From Octopus bimaculoides (lineage: Eukaryota), in contig NC_068983.1 of assembly GCF_001194135.2 (NCBI RefSeq), forward strand, positions 58,713,128-58,777,127: DNA of 64,000 nt, read 5' to 3'. Of the stretch, positions 12,233-24,213 are shown in pieces. Numbering within the stretch: the first letter of the stretch is position 1; every line of letters starts with the position of its first letter. A program made the translations under genes and the position numbers. Below the pieces are notes generated by a model. That model was not told the DNA's origin. It saw only the letters and a program-made list of their open reading frames with translations, and searched no databases.

Positions 12233-12450
12233 TGAGTGCTGAAGAGTTCCTGGCTTTGAGTAAGAGAAGATATACAGGAGAATTAGTTGATTATGGTTCT
12301 ATTCAACATATTACCCTTTCAGATTCACACACTTATTGCAGCAGTCCTTCAATTTTTTTAAGCCCTGTAAAAGAACTCCTCAGAAGTTTGGGGCTCCAGC
12401 CAGGCTTTTTGTAACACCTTTATAGTCAGGAACTTTTCACGACTTCCTCA
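12233..12450. mobile_element. Mariner-derived MITE
   Basis: Imperfect TIRs TGAGTGCTGAAGAGTTCCTGGCT and AGTCAGGAACTTTTCACGACTTCCTCA, with TA at 12231-32 and 12451-52. Confidence 0.75.
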
Positions 12451-12452
12451 TA

Positions 12453-12620
12453 TACGATGGGCTTCTTTCAGTTACCATCTACCAAATCAATCCATTCACA
12501 AAGCTTTGGTCAGTCTGAAGTTATTTATAACAGAAAACAGTTGCTGAAAGTGTCACACTGTGGGACTGAACTCATGACCATGTAGTAGGGAAGTAAGCTT
12601 TGTACTACACAGCCACATAT
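12453..12620 (-). mobile_element. SINE-A head, degenerate
   Basis: CGATGGGCTTCTTTCAGTT..GGGACTGAAC..ACACAGCCAC. Confidence 0.8.
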
Positions 12621-12763
12621 GGATTTATGAATTACATTAGATTATATTTTTCAGAAGTTCTTCCTTATGATCCAGTAATGCTAATTGGGTCTAATTACTT
12701 CTGCAGCCCACAAGTCTAGAAGTTAATTTGTTAATTTGTACCTTCCAAACATTAGCAGTTATA

Positions 12764-13164
12764 CAGGGTGGCCCAAAAGTAAATTTACAGTTATTCAACT
12801 CTTTCACATTCAAATATTAACTGTTTAGATCTTAATTATGAAAAAAACATGAAACCATTATTCTACGTGTATGGTTAAGAGTGCAGGCTGCTAACCCCAA
12901 GATTCCAAGTTCGATTCCAAGCAGTGATCTGAACAATAATAATAGTAATAATAACAACATCAAAGAAAACCTTAGGAATGAGAACCCAGGTTCGAAATTT
13001 CCCCAAGACACCTGAAGAAGGTTGGAGAGTATATCAGCCAATCAGTGTTAGCAACAAACGAGATGAGGACAAATATCCGTCAAATGTAAATAATGTAATA
13101 AAACGTTTTAAAGAAATTCAAAGTGCCTAGATGATAACTGTAAACCTACTTTTGGGCCAGCCTG
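12764..13164. mobile_element. Tc1/mariner-type MITE hosting SINE-D
   Basis: TIRs CAGGGTGGCCCAAAAGTAAATTTACAGTTAT and ATAACTGTAAACCTACTTTTGGGCCAGCCTG, with TA at 12762-63 and 13165-66. Another terminal copy at 49208. Confidence 0.85.
12864..13097 (+). mobile_element. SINE-D, single unit: tRNA-like head plus decayed hammerhead-like motif
   Basis: A-box-like TGGTTAAG. GGCTGCTAACC resembles the tRNA-Ser(GCU) anticodon arm. B box GTTCGATTCC at 12909-18. Then GACAC-CTGAAGA-A-GGTTG..CAGCC, with GAAAC decayed, and GTGTT. Confidence 0.78.
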
Positions 13165-13348
13165 TATAACATTTGGTATTCATCACAGTGTGTCTACCCT
13201 CTGCATAGTAATAAATTAGTCCTTGTATAATGAATTTGGTCCTTCCCATAAATGGAATAAGATTAATTCTAAAATATGTATAAAGATAGGTATATCCAGA
13301 TTTAGGTAAAGAGTAATTAGATCCAACAATAAGTGTGTTTGTGCGAGT

Positions 13349-13424
<76 letters not shown>

Positions 13425-14830
13425 ATATTATGATGAAAAATGAATATAGAGGTTTTGCTCTCCCTATTTCAGCAAATACATGAAATGTAGGTCTTGCTGA
13501 TGAGGTTCAGAATATAAATGAAATATGTCAGGAATTGTCTCCTCTTCTTTCTGGGAAAACAGAAATAATAACAATCAACAAGTATGTATTCAGCTTTTTG
13601 ATAGTTTTTGTATTAAATTTGTTAATGCTCTTCTTGTCAACAACCTTTATACTTTATTTAAACTTTCCCTGTAGCCTGTCTGTTATTCTCAAGATTAGTT
13701 CCTGGAATTAAAAATTATTGCCTAATATTCACCTTCAGCATGAGAGATTTTAAGATATTATAAACAGAGCAAAATATTCGTAACAAAATAGAATTTTTGT
13801 AAAAGACAAAAAAAAAAAATAAACAAATATATTCTCTTAGGGAATTTTTTGCTACAGTTTTCCGTAAATAATATATGTTTGCACTAATATATTGTGCTAT
13901 TTGTTATTATTTCAGAATCTTTCTAACTTTACAGGTAAATATTATTAAATAATTCTTTAATTCCAGGTATTTTGGGTACTTTATTCACTACATATTTCCT
14001 TAATATGATATATTTTATAATAGTATCTTTTTGTTTTTACCTGATGCAGAAGAGGTAGTAGCTCAGAGAAAAATATTTTGTTCCATTTTCTGGGATTATT
14101 TCTATAATATTTTTTTTCCTACAGTGTGTGTTTATTTCTTCCATTGTAAGAAATATTAATCTGAAGTCTGCCTGTTTATTTACTTATGATATCAGTAAAC
14201 AGAAAAACATAGCATTGGTGAATTATTTTTGAGAATTGGCAGAATTAGCTAAGGATAGAATCAAGGACCTTGCTGTATCTAGTTGTGTCTCTTGATGTTC
14301 TGAGTTTAAATTCCACCAAGGTTAATTAATGCCTTTCATTAAAATCTTGCAATAATTCTTCCCTTTCCTCTTCCAGGAAAATCTTTTATTTCTTTTATGA
14401 CATAATTGGTAATGAAAAAGAATTTGGTTTCGTTCTGTAAATAGGAACTTTAGAACATTTGGATGTCTGCTTCATTAGCTGGCACAGAAGTGATATCTGT
14501 CTTTTATACATTATACTATTGTTTTATAAAAAAATGGTTACCGGTAATTTAATATGCCTTCTTCTCTGAGAGTAGGAAGAAATACAAGCAACAGCTGAGG
14601 CAGTATTGTTATGCTTCCAAATAAAGTAATTGATAACAATAGTATGGAGTTAAAGAAAGAGAAAAAGTAAAATGAATTTTGAATAACATTAATACTAATG
14701 ACAATAGCAGCAATATTGCAACTGTTGCTCATCTGGAGAAGTTCATTGATAAAGTCATATGGAAAAGAAAAGAACTTGGATGATGCATGTTACAAAGGCC
14801 AGTGCTTCTTTGCCCAAGATTAATTCAAGA

Positions 14831-15092
14831 TGGTGGCACGTAAAAAGCACCATTCAAGCATAGTCATTGCCAGTACTGCCTGACTGGTCCCATGCTGGTG
14901 GCACATAAAAAGCACCCACTACACTCTCAGAGTGGGTGGCATTAGAAAGGGTATCCAGCTGTAGAAACTTTTCCAGGTCAGACTGGAGCCTTGTGCAGCC
15001 TTCTGGCTTGCCAGTCCTCAGTCAAACCGTCCAACCTATGCCAGCATGGAAAGCGGACGTTAAACAACGATGATGATGGTGATGATGATGAT
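14831..15092 (+). mobile_element. RTE LINE 3' UTR fragment
   Basis: Two GGTGGCAC(G/A)TAAAAAGCACC units, conserved 3' end, (GAT)n tail. Confidence 0.9.
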
Positions 15093-15591
15093 CAGGCATA
15101 GAGAAGAGTTGCATATCTCTGTTTTTCCAAAAATGAAGTTTCTATGTGACCTAACATGTGCAGTTGGAAATAACCCTAGCCATCAACTGGGATAAAGCAT
15201 ACAGAAGATTGTGCTTGGTCTTTAAAACTCAGGTTAAAGTGAGGCAATGTGTTAAATTGATGCATCCCCACACCTGCCAACAGGTTGGTGCTGTAATATG
15301 AAAGGAGATGAAACACAAAGATCACAGCTAGGGACATTAATAGCGGTATTAATTTTAGGGTTGTAATGTTTGCAACACAACCATACAAACAGAAGATGAA
15401 GACAAAAGCTAAATATCCTATCACCTCTATATAACCTAAATACACACACACGCGTGTATCAATTAGGTAAAACCAATCTCCACTATCTTGAGGCCTTGAC
15501 AGTTGGATACCTGAAGATGTGGAAGACATTTGTTTATTACATAATGCATGTATAATCAAGAAAAGGCCTGTCTACTGAAACATATATAATA

Positions 15592-15819
15592 TTCTTTTAT
15601 ACTCTTTTACTCTTTACTCTTTTACTTGTTTCAGTCCTTTGACTGTGGCCATGCTGGAGCACCGCCTTTAGTCGAGCAAATCAACCCCAGGACTTATTCT
15701 TTCTAAGCCTAGTACTTATTCTATCGCCCTCATTTGCCGAACCGCTAAGTTACGGGGACGTAAACACACCAGCATCAGTCGTCAAGCAATGTTGGAGGGG
15801 GACAAACACAGATACATAA

Positions 15820-15862
<43 letters not shown>

Positions 15863-16049
15863 CACACATATATATATACATATACACGATGGGCTTCTTT
15901 CAGTTTCCGTCTACCAAATCCACTCACAAGGCTTTGGTCGACCAAAGGCTATAGTAGAAGACACTTGCCCAAGGTGCCACGCAGTGGGACTGAACCCGGA
16001 ACCATGTGATTGGTAAGCAAGCTGCTTACCACACAGCCACTCCTACGCC
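15592..16049 (-). mobile_element. SINE-A, full length, low divergence
   Basis: Complete head, internal (CA)n(TA)n, body and (CTCTTTTA)n tail. Confidence 0.95.
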
Positions 16050-16806
16050 TATGAAATATTTTATAATTATATACGTAAATATAATTGTAATCAGGGGTCA
16101 GCTAATTGCTTCGCCACACACCAGCTGACTACCTGATAAAATTATTAATTGTCAATCAATTAATTAATTGATTAATTAATTGATTAATCAATCTTACCCT
16201 GTATTATTATTATTTTAATATTCTTTTATATATAAACACATACATGCATACATGCACACACATATCTCAATTTATGAAAGGCTAAAGATTTCATTAGCTT
16301 ACAACTGTTTCTTCTGTAAGAAGCATTGCACTCCGGGCTGTTGTTTCATTTACATATATGTATGTGCCTATAAATGTGAAGTGATATGTATTTTTATATG
16401 TATCTCTATGTGTTTGCATAGATATATGCTTGTTTATTATGTAGAATGTATGAATAGATATGTATTTGTGCATCTATGTACTTTTGGAGGGATTTTTCAC
16501 CAAAAGACTCCATTATATTTCTTTACATATCTGATTCTGCATGTAACCAACTCTATGTGTTTTGATACTTTTTGAAATAAACACACACTTCATCTAAATA
16601 ACTCCAAAGGAACTCATATGCTACACAAGCACTTAGCTCTGAGTGTAATGCTTCTTTTAGCAGAAACAACTGTAAGCTAATGAAAGTGACCACCTGACTC
16701 TTGTTCTTTTGTATTTCATTCATATTACACTCTGTACTCACCAAATGTATGTTGAGTTCTAACAACTGGTTATTAATATCACAATGCCTAAGTGTATTTA
16801 TTATAT

Positions 16807-16850
<44 letters not shown>

Positions 16851-17849
16851 TTATGAATATGAGTATATTTAAACACTGGGAAGACACATAAGCATGCAAT
16901 TTCATAACAGAGTTTTTATTAGAGTTCACTCTTTTTCAAATGAGTAATATAAACAATATAAGAGAATAGGAAAAGCTTCTCTCATACCTTATTTTACCTC
17001 TCATACCTTCTCTTTACCTTATTTTACAATAACTAAAATCTATGTAGTTATGTTGTAATATACATTACATGACAAAATATATTTAAATTCCATTATCTGT
17101 TCATGAAATAACCATATGAATATCAGAACATAATAGAAATATCTATTCTAAGTTAAATTCCTAAATGAGTTTTTTATGAAAAGTGAACAAAAGTACTTTT
17201 CAATTTCCATGACCCCATCAAAAGAAATTAAGGTAGCTGTGTGGTACAAATGATAGTACTCTATCCTTTTTCTGTGTTCAAATCCAAACTGTGCCAATTT
17301 TGTGTTGCTTTTGTCCTGATGTCAATAAAGTTAGGATTGTAATTAAGTCATTTCAATCAATTGTTTTTTTTAACATTTCACTTAAGAGGAAAGACAGGGC
17401 ATGTTACCTGTTAACAAATGATGGATATTGTTGCAATGTATGAACTGCTGTGCTACTTTGTTGAATGTACCACTTTAACATAAGTGTAATTCATCAATGA
17501 GCATGACCATTGTCTTAGATTCTAAGTGTATAAAATTTGGAAATAATACTTCAGCAAGATCAGGATTAATATAAAGAGCTTCATCTTCAGTTAATAAATT
17601 CTAAATGACTTCATATTTACAACTAAATGAGTACAAGATGTGCACTAGTCCTATGATGCCTGTCAGTCCTTATTTTTGAAATCCTCTCGTTTTACCACAA
17701 TCTACCCAGGGCCATATCAGGACAAAATGAGCTCCAGGGTATGCAATGTTACATGAGAGAAACTGCCATAATATTTCATAACAAGAGACAAAAAATTCAT
17801 GTGATTATAATTATAATTGTTGATTATACTATTGAAGAGCCTCTTACTG

Positions 17850-19420
17850 GTTATGGAGCAAGAGAGTGGAGTTAAGCTGGAAGTTGGGAGAAGATAAGGA
17901 GCAGTGGTTTAGCCAACTCTGCAGACCCACCAATGGGTGGGTGTTACAGTTCAGGGTTGAAACACCCAATAATCTTTGGATACCATCTAATGACATGAGC
18001 TTCTCCTGGCCAAAGCTCCATTGACTTTGGTGAGAAGAAAAGAAACACCTTCTTCTAGGTGTTATCAATAACAATAAGCTTAATATTTATGATAAATCTG
18101 CCATCTTTGATAGGAGTGCAGTGTCTGTATATCACACTAAGAATATATTCGTATTGTCAATCTATAATACCTCAAACTGGTGCTTATAATATCTAACATT
18201 GTTTATAGCAAAGCCATAGCAATTAATTCATAGCAAGAAATCAATATTGCTGTCTAAAAATCCGTGTTCTTCTAGTCATAATATCTTTCCAAAATCTAAA
18301 GATCTATGCCTAAGTAAACAGTTGAAGACAGCTATGTATCTGATCCACATCTATCCATAAATCTCTTGTCTACTTTAGAGAAAGCAACAGGAAACCATAT
18401 CAATGTATCCAAACTCAGAATCCCCAGCTGTCATATCATTAGTCATAAAACAAACAGAATGTTTCAGTAACATTGTCCTCATCAGAACAGATGTTTGATA
18501 TAGTAAAACCCATTAAGAACAGCTATTATGTGGTACTGTTGCCTGGTTTAACACCACCACATTCCCCTTGGGAAACTTTAACAGAATTTGCTTCTCTATT
18601 GAAAGCATTGAGACTCTGTCAGAGGATAATTTGATGTCTTGCTGAAGTTCTTTCAACAATTCCTTCTCATGAGTAACGCCAGTCTGTTAGAGCATTCAAG
18701 CATAAGTGGTTCTCTAAAAGAAACGCATCACCAGATATGACTGGCACTCAGCTCCATGAGTAACACCTTAAGGGCTATCCTATTTGCTTGTTGGTGCACC
18801 CAAGGGCTATTGCCTTTCAACTGAGTAGCTTACATAAATTGTAGTCAAGGTTGGCAAAAACATTAATGATGTGCCACCTTTTCCCTACAAGTATCAGAGG
18901 CCTTGAAAAGGGTATAGGAATGGCTCGTTTCTCAGGAAGAATCTTCAACTAGAAGACCAGCAATCCCATGCGAATATCTCACTGTGACGTCTTCAATTGT
19001 GATAATTTCTCTTGATATGTCCTGGAGGGTTGGTTATAGTACTTGATGTCTGGATCACTTCCTGAAGCAAAGAAATGCTATTGGGTTTTGCAAAAAACCT
19101 TATATATTAAACCTTTTTTCCTTCCAACTGTAAAGATAAAAAATTGTTTGTTCATTTAGTGTCAAGGCAAGGTTTGTTTCCTTAAGGCTTAAATTCTTTT
19201 CTTACATATGGGCTGATAAAAACTTTCATCAGTGAACAACTTCAAATTTGAATAAGAGAGATGTTTCATCATACCATGAGCAAGGCACCGCCCATCCTTG
19301 CCCCTGGTCAATTCCGATAGCATCCATGTATAATCAAATCCAATTAATCCATAACAATCATGATCTTTTATTTTTTTTGCAGGTGGTTTGTTATCCTGGA
19401 GTAGATTCTTATCTCCAACA
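17850..19420 (-). pseudogene. Heavily decayed CR1/L2-like LINE ORF2 (APE to start of RT)
   Basis: Only patchy motifs: GCYRN*PGARMGGALLMV (APE YR.DR..GGG-like, ~19270-19330) and SLDGIQRLLGV..SAELAKPLLLIF (GPDGI..ELA.PL..IF-like, ~17890-18000). Many stops and frameshifts. Confidence 0.5.
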
Positions 19421-19457
19421 TGTCCAACTGCATTTTACATTAATTAGGCGTAATATC

Positions 19458-19610
19458 CTCTTTGATCTTTTACTTGTTTCAATTACTGAACTGTGGCTAT
19501 GCTGGAGCACTGCCCTGAAGGGCTTAGTCAAACAAATCAACACCAGAACTTTTTTAAATCTGGTAATTATTTCATCAGTCACTTTTTAGCAAACCACTAA
19601 GTTATAGGGA
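19458..19610 (-). mobile_element. SINE-A 3' half
   Basis: CTTTTACTTGTTTC..GCTGGAGCAC..AAACCACTAAGTTA. Confidence 0.75.
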
Positions 19611-19650
19611 TATATATACATACATGCGTGTGTGTGTGTGTGTGTGTGTG

Positions 19651-19808
19651 TTTGACACCCCTCCACTGGCCATCACTTGACAACCAATGCTGGCAAGTTT
19701 ATGTCCCCGTAACTAAGCAGTTTGGCAAAAGAGACAAATAGAATAAGTACTAGGCTTACAAAGTACTCCAACATGACCACAGTCAAGTGACTGAAACAAG
19801 TAAAAGAA
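19651..19808 (+). mobile_element. SINE-A 3' half
   Basis: CATCACTTGACAACC..GGCAAAAGAGAC..GACTGAAACAAGTAAAAGA. Confidence 0.85.
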
Positions 19809-19810
19809 TA

Positions 19811-19878
<68 letters not shown>

Positions 19879-19901
19879 ATATATATATATAATATATATA
19901 T

Positions 19902-21288
19902 ATCAAATTGTTGGATCAGGTAATGAAAGTCATGGAGAGGGTCATATACCAACTAATTAGGGAGAAATTTAGTTTAGATGAGATGCAGTTTTGGTTTGTG
20001 CCATGGAGAAGCACCACTGAAACAATATTTCTGGTAAGACAGCTGCAGGAAAAATTCCTAGCCAAAAAAAAACCTCTGTACTTAGCTTTTGTTGACATGG
20101 AGAAAGCCTTTGACAGGGTCCCCCAATCCCTTATCTGGTGGTCAATGCAGAAACTAGTGATAGAGGAGTGGTTGGTAAGAGCTGTACAAGCCATGTACAG
20201 GGATGCTGTCTGTAAGGTGGGGGTTGACAATGAATATAGTGAAGAATTCCGGGTATAAGTAAGGGTTCACTAAGGATCAGTCCTCAGCCCCCTCTTGTTC
20301 ATCATCGTACTCCACGCAATAGCAGAGAAATTCAAGACAGGCTGCCCCTGGGAGTTCCTCTATACTGATGACCTTGCTCTAATAGCTGAGTCACTACCAG
20401 AACTAGAGAAGTTTCAGGTGTGGAAGCAAGGTCTAGAATCGAAGGGCCTTAGAGTCAATCTAGCAAAGACCAAAGTCTTAGAAAGTAGTAATGTGGACAA
20501 ATCAAAAAACCCTTTAGATAGATGGCCTTGCTCAATCTGTAGAAAAGGCAAAGGTAGAAACTCCATAAGATGTACTCAGTGTAATCTATGGACACATAAG
20601 AGATGCAGCGATATCAAAGGAAGGTCAACAGGGAAGATAGTTTTTGTGTGTGAAAGATGCACAGGTGCAATTAACACTGGAAACAGATTAGATCATATGC
20701 CAGGAGAAAAAAACTAGAAGTAGTTGATAGCTACCATTACCTAGGTGACCAAGTCAGTAGTGGGGTGGATGCTCTGAGAACATAGCTACTAGAATAAGAA
20801 TAGGCTGAGCATAGTTCAGAGAGCTCCTACCTCTGCTGGTAACAAAGGGCCTCTCACTCAGAGTAAAAGGTAGACTGTATGATGCCTGTGTGTGAACAGC
20901 CATGCTACATGGCAGTGAAACGTGGGCTGAGACTGCTTAGGACATGCATAGGCTTGTAAGAAATGAAGCCAGTATGATCTGCTGGATGTGTAATGTCAGT
21001 GTGCATCATTCGAGTGTGGCCAATGTCAGTGCTGACTGGCACGTAAAAAGCACCATTTGAGCATGGCTGATGCCAGTGCTGCCTGACTGGCTCCCATGTC
21101 AGTGGCACGTAAAAAGCACCCACTACACTCTCAGAGAGTGGTTGGTGTCAGGAAGAGCATCCAGCTGAAGAAAACCTTGTCAAATCAGATTGGAACCTGG
21201 TGCAGCCTCCCAGCTTGCCAGTTCTTAGTCAAATCATCCAACCCATCTCAGCATGGAAAGTGGACATTAAGTGATGACGATGATGATG

Positions 21289-21290
<2 letters not shown>
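19902..21290 (+). mobile_element. 5'-truncated RTE-clade LINE: RT pseudogene with embedded PHD-like finger, 3' UTR, (GAT)n tail
   Basis: RT motifs QFWFVPWRSTTETIF, AFVDMEKAFDRV, GSVLSPLLF, YTDD (20361-72), YHYLG, LHGSETW. Premature stops near 20256 and 20271, frameshift near 20710, C-terminus deleted near 21005. Confidence 0.95.
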
Positions 21291-21330
<40 letters not shown>

Positions 21331-21334
21331 TTAC

Positions 21335-21482
21335 AGTAGGCTTCCACACAGTTTCTGTCTATGAAATTCACTCACAAGGCATTGTTTCACCTAGGGCTAT
21401 AGTAGAAGACATTATTTGCCCAAGGTACCATGCAGTGAGACTGAACCTGAGTTCCTGTGGTTGCAAGCCATACCTGCACACC
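21335..21482 (-). mobile_element. SINE-A head, degenerate
   Basis: GGCTATAGTAGAAGAC..TTGCCCAAGGTACCATGCAGTGAGACTGAACC. Confidence 0.75.
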
Positions 21483-22164
21483 TATGAGGGAACATTGGTT
21501 GTTATTTCTAGAAAGCTGAACAAGATATTCTCTCATTGGTTCATAGTAAGAACCATTATTTGTGTAGAAGAAAACAATAAGACCATTTGCAAAAAGAATA
21601 GTCACTTTATGTTGTGATTTGATGAAAAACCTCCAATAAGTTTTGAAGAACAAAATGTTGTAATTGCTGCGTAAGGAAAGATAAAGTAGTCAGGACACAG
21701 AAGATGTGTTGGTGTCTTGTTGTGTCTACCAACACAGACGTATAAGCACTTCGTATTTAGTAGATATATACATAAACACATACACATGCACCATTCTATA
21801 CATACATAGAAGAAATGCATACACAAATCTACACATACATATATAGAAAATGAGATAGATTGATAGATACATATATACATATTAAGATATATTTTAATAA
21901 GAATTACTGCACCATTACAAAAAGATTTGTCTGAGAAATTAATTCTGTTTTGGCAGGTTGTTGTTTTCCTGAAAAATTATTGAATACCATTCTTCTGTCA
22001 CACATAATCATCTCCAAGCTCCAAGAACATCTCTTGGGCATTTAGTTTCTGTCTCAGTCTTTAATGTCTATTCTTTGTCAGGTATGAAATGTGGTGGCCT
22101 ATTCTTGTTGCTGTTGTTGTTATCATCATCATCATCATCATCATCATTATTATTATTATTACTA

Positions 22165-22220
<56 letters not shown>

Positions 22221-22325
22221 CATCATCTTTCAAGTCCGTTTCCATTTCTTGCCGAGTATCTTCTTGACACCTAGGGCAGAGAAACGCACTTCATACATTG
22301 GTAGGCCATTAAAATAAACACATCA

Positions 22326-22800
22326 GGTGCAGGAGTGGCTGTATGGTAAGTAGCTTGCTTACCAGCCGCATGGTTCCAGGTTCAGTCCCACTGTGTGGCA
22401 TCTTGGGCAAGTGTCTTCTACTATAGTCTCGGGCCGACCAAAGCCTTGTGAGTGGATTTGGTAGACNNNNNNNNNNGTGTCTTCTACTATAGTCTCGGGC
22501 CGACCAAAGCCTTGTGAGTGGATTTGGTAGACAGAAACTGAAAAGAAGCCCATCGTATATATGTATATATATATTTATATATATATATGTGTGTGTGTGT
22601 TTGTGCATCTATGTTTGTCCCCCTAGCATTGCTTGACAACCGATGCTGGTGTGTTTATGTTCTCGTCACTTAGTGGATCGGCAAAAGAGACCAATAAAAT
22701 AAGTACTAGGCTTACAAAGAATAAGTGCCGGGGTCGATTTGCTCGACTAAAGGTGGTGCTCCAGCATGGCCGCAGTCAAATGACTGAAACAAGTAAAAAA
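22326..22800 (+). mobile_element. SINE-A, full length (internal 10-N gap)
   Basis: Head GGTGCAGGAGTGGCTGTATGGTAAG, B box GGTTCAGTCCC, tail GACTGAAACAAGTAAAA. Confidence 0.93.
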
Positions 22801-22900
22801 AGATAAAGAAAAAGGGGAAGAAAGAGAGAGAAGAAAAGAAAAAAGAGAAGATGAAAAAGAAGTAAACAAAGAAAATAAAAGGGAAAAAAGGAAAGAACAT

Positions 22901-23125
22901 TTACAGTGACAATGCTCTTCTCAATACATGTGACATATCATTTAAGACAATCTTTTGCACTTTCTGCATGGATGGTAGGGCAGGGACCATTCTTAAATAA
23001 TTTTTAGTTCCTTTTATGATCATTCCAACTGTTCCTACAATCATTGGTATTGTAACCGTTTTGAAATGCCACATCTTTTTGATTTCGATTAGCAAATCTT
23101 TATATTTTCTGAGCTTATGATCATC
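22901..23125 (-). mobile_element. R4/Dong-like RLE LINE 3' fragment
   Basis: KLRKYKDLLIEIKKMWHFKTVTIPMIVGTVGMIIKG..VQKIVL..HVLRRALSL*. Confidence 0.8.
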
Positions 23126-23136
23126 TTAAGAAGCCA

Positions 23137-23204
<68 letters not shown>

Positions 23205-23205
<1 letters not shown>

Positions 23206-23955
23206 GACGTCGCACAGTATACAATATCGTGAGGTTGTTGATTGAAGATATCGTGTCTACCAGGGGTTTGTACTGTTTGTCATGTCACAAGGATCTCAGA
23301 TAGAAAGTACTTTACTCAATGTGTGCAGTTCCAAGTAATGCCAATTTTTGCAATACATCTAGATTGTAAGGTATCTCTAAGGTTTTCAGATGTTTTTTTT
23401 TTTCGCATTGGTTGGTATTGAACCCAATGCTTCAATGGCAATAGGGATAACCTTTATGTTCAACTCTCGTAGCTGCCACATCTTAGTGATCTCAATTCTC
23501 AGGTCTCCATATTTATCAACCTTTTCTCTTTCTGTCATGATGAGATGTTGATCTCCTCGCACTGCTGCGTTGTTTATTAGGCACTCTTGTTTGTCCCTCC
23601 AAAAGGTTACTATATCTGGCCTTCGGTGCTCTAAACCTTGTCTGTCTGGAAGTCAAAATCCCAGAGAACTTTTGCCTTCCCCTTTCCTTCCTTCACCTTT
23701 TCTGGTGTATGTTGGTAGCAAGCACCCATAACCTCATATCCATACTTACAGCATAGTAGCCAGTGACGGTTCTGGGCTACCTTGTTGTGTCTACATTTGT
23801 ACTCTTTCTGTGCAAGACCTTCACAAACACTAACAATGTGAGTCACACTTTCAACCCTCTTCCCACACATTCTGCAGAAGTCCGTTACACTTGTGTGGTA
23901 TATATTCTTTTTCAGAGTTGTTATTCAATGCCTGATCCTGGGCAGCAATTATTAC
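23205..23955 (-). mobile_element. R4/Dong-like LINE fragment with CCHC knuckle and restriction-like endonuclease
   Basis: AAQDQAL.., CRMCGKRVESVTHIVSVC (CCHC), RH(N)KVA, VLWDFDFQTD, RRPDIV, EKVDKYGDLRIEI, LQKLALLGTAHI. The 3' end abuts an (ATT)n array. Confidence 0.88.
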
Positions 23956-23986
23956 TATTATTATCATTAGTATTATTATTATTGTT

Positions 23987-24090
23987 TGGTAGCAGAGCTG
24001 GTAGAATCGTTGGTGTATTGGACAAAATGTTCAGTAGAATTTCTTCCAGGTTTTTATTTCCTGAATTCAGGTACTACTAAGGTCGATTTT
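23987..24090 (+). mobile_element. SINE-C head, degenerate
   Basis: GAGCTGGTAGAATCGTTGG..CTGAATTCA..AGGTCGATTTTGC. Confidence 0.55.
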
Positions 24091-24213
24091 GCTGATACAA
24101 TCATTTTGCACCCCACTGAAAAAAAAATTGCTCACCTTGTGCCAATATTTTAACCATTCCTCTTCTTCTGTTTGTGATTCTCCATTTATTTATCATTGTT
24201 GTTATTGTTGCTG

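Noticed and set aside
15176-15559. 127-aa hydrophobic ORF (membrane protein?)
   Set aside because: The hydrophobicity is explained by T-rich composition. No family motif or convincing splice sites. The same applies to 9289-9540.
17420-17700. Minus-strand peptide ..TMVMLIDELHL.. resembling a transposase acidic motif
   Set aside because: A single short motif among stops, with no TIRs or other support.
18450-18495. CTGATGA..GAAAC on the minus strand (hammerhead?)
   Set aside because: No stem I pairing and a poor stem II. It lies inside the decayed CR1-like relic, so it is likely chance.
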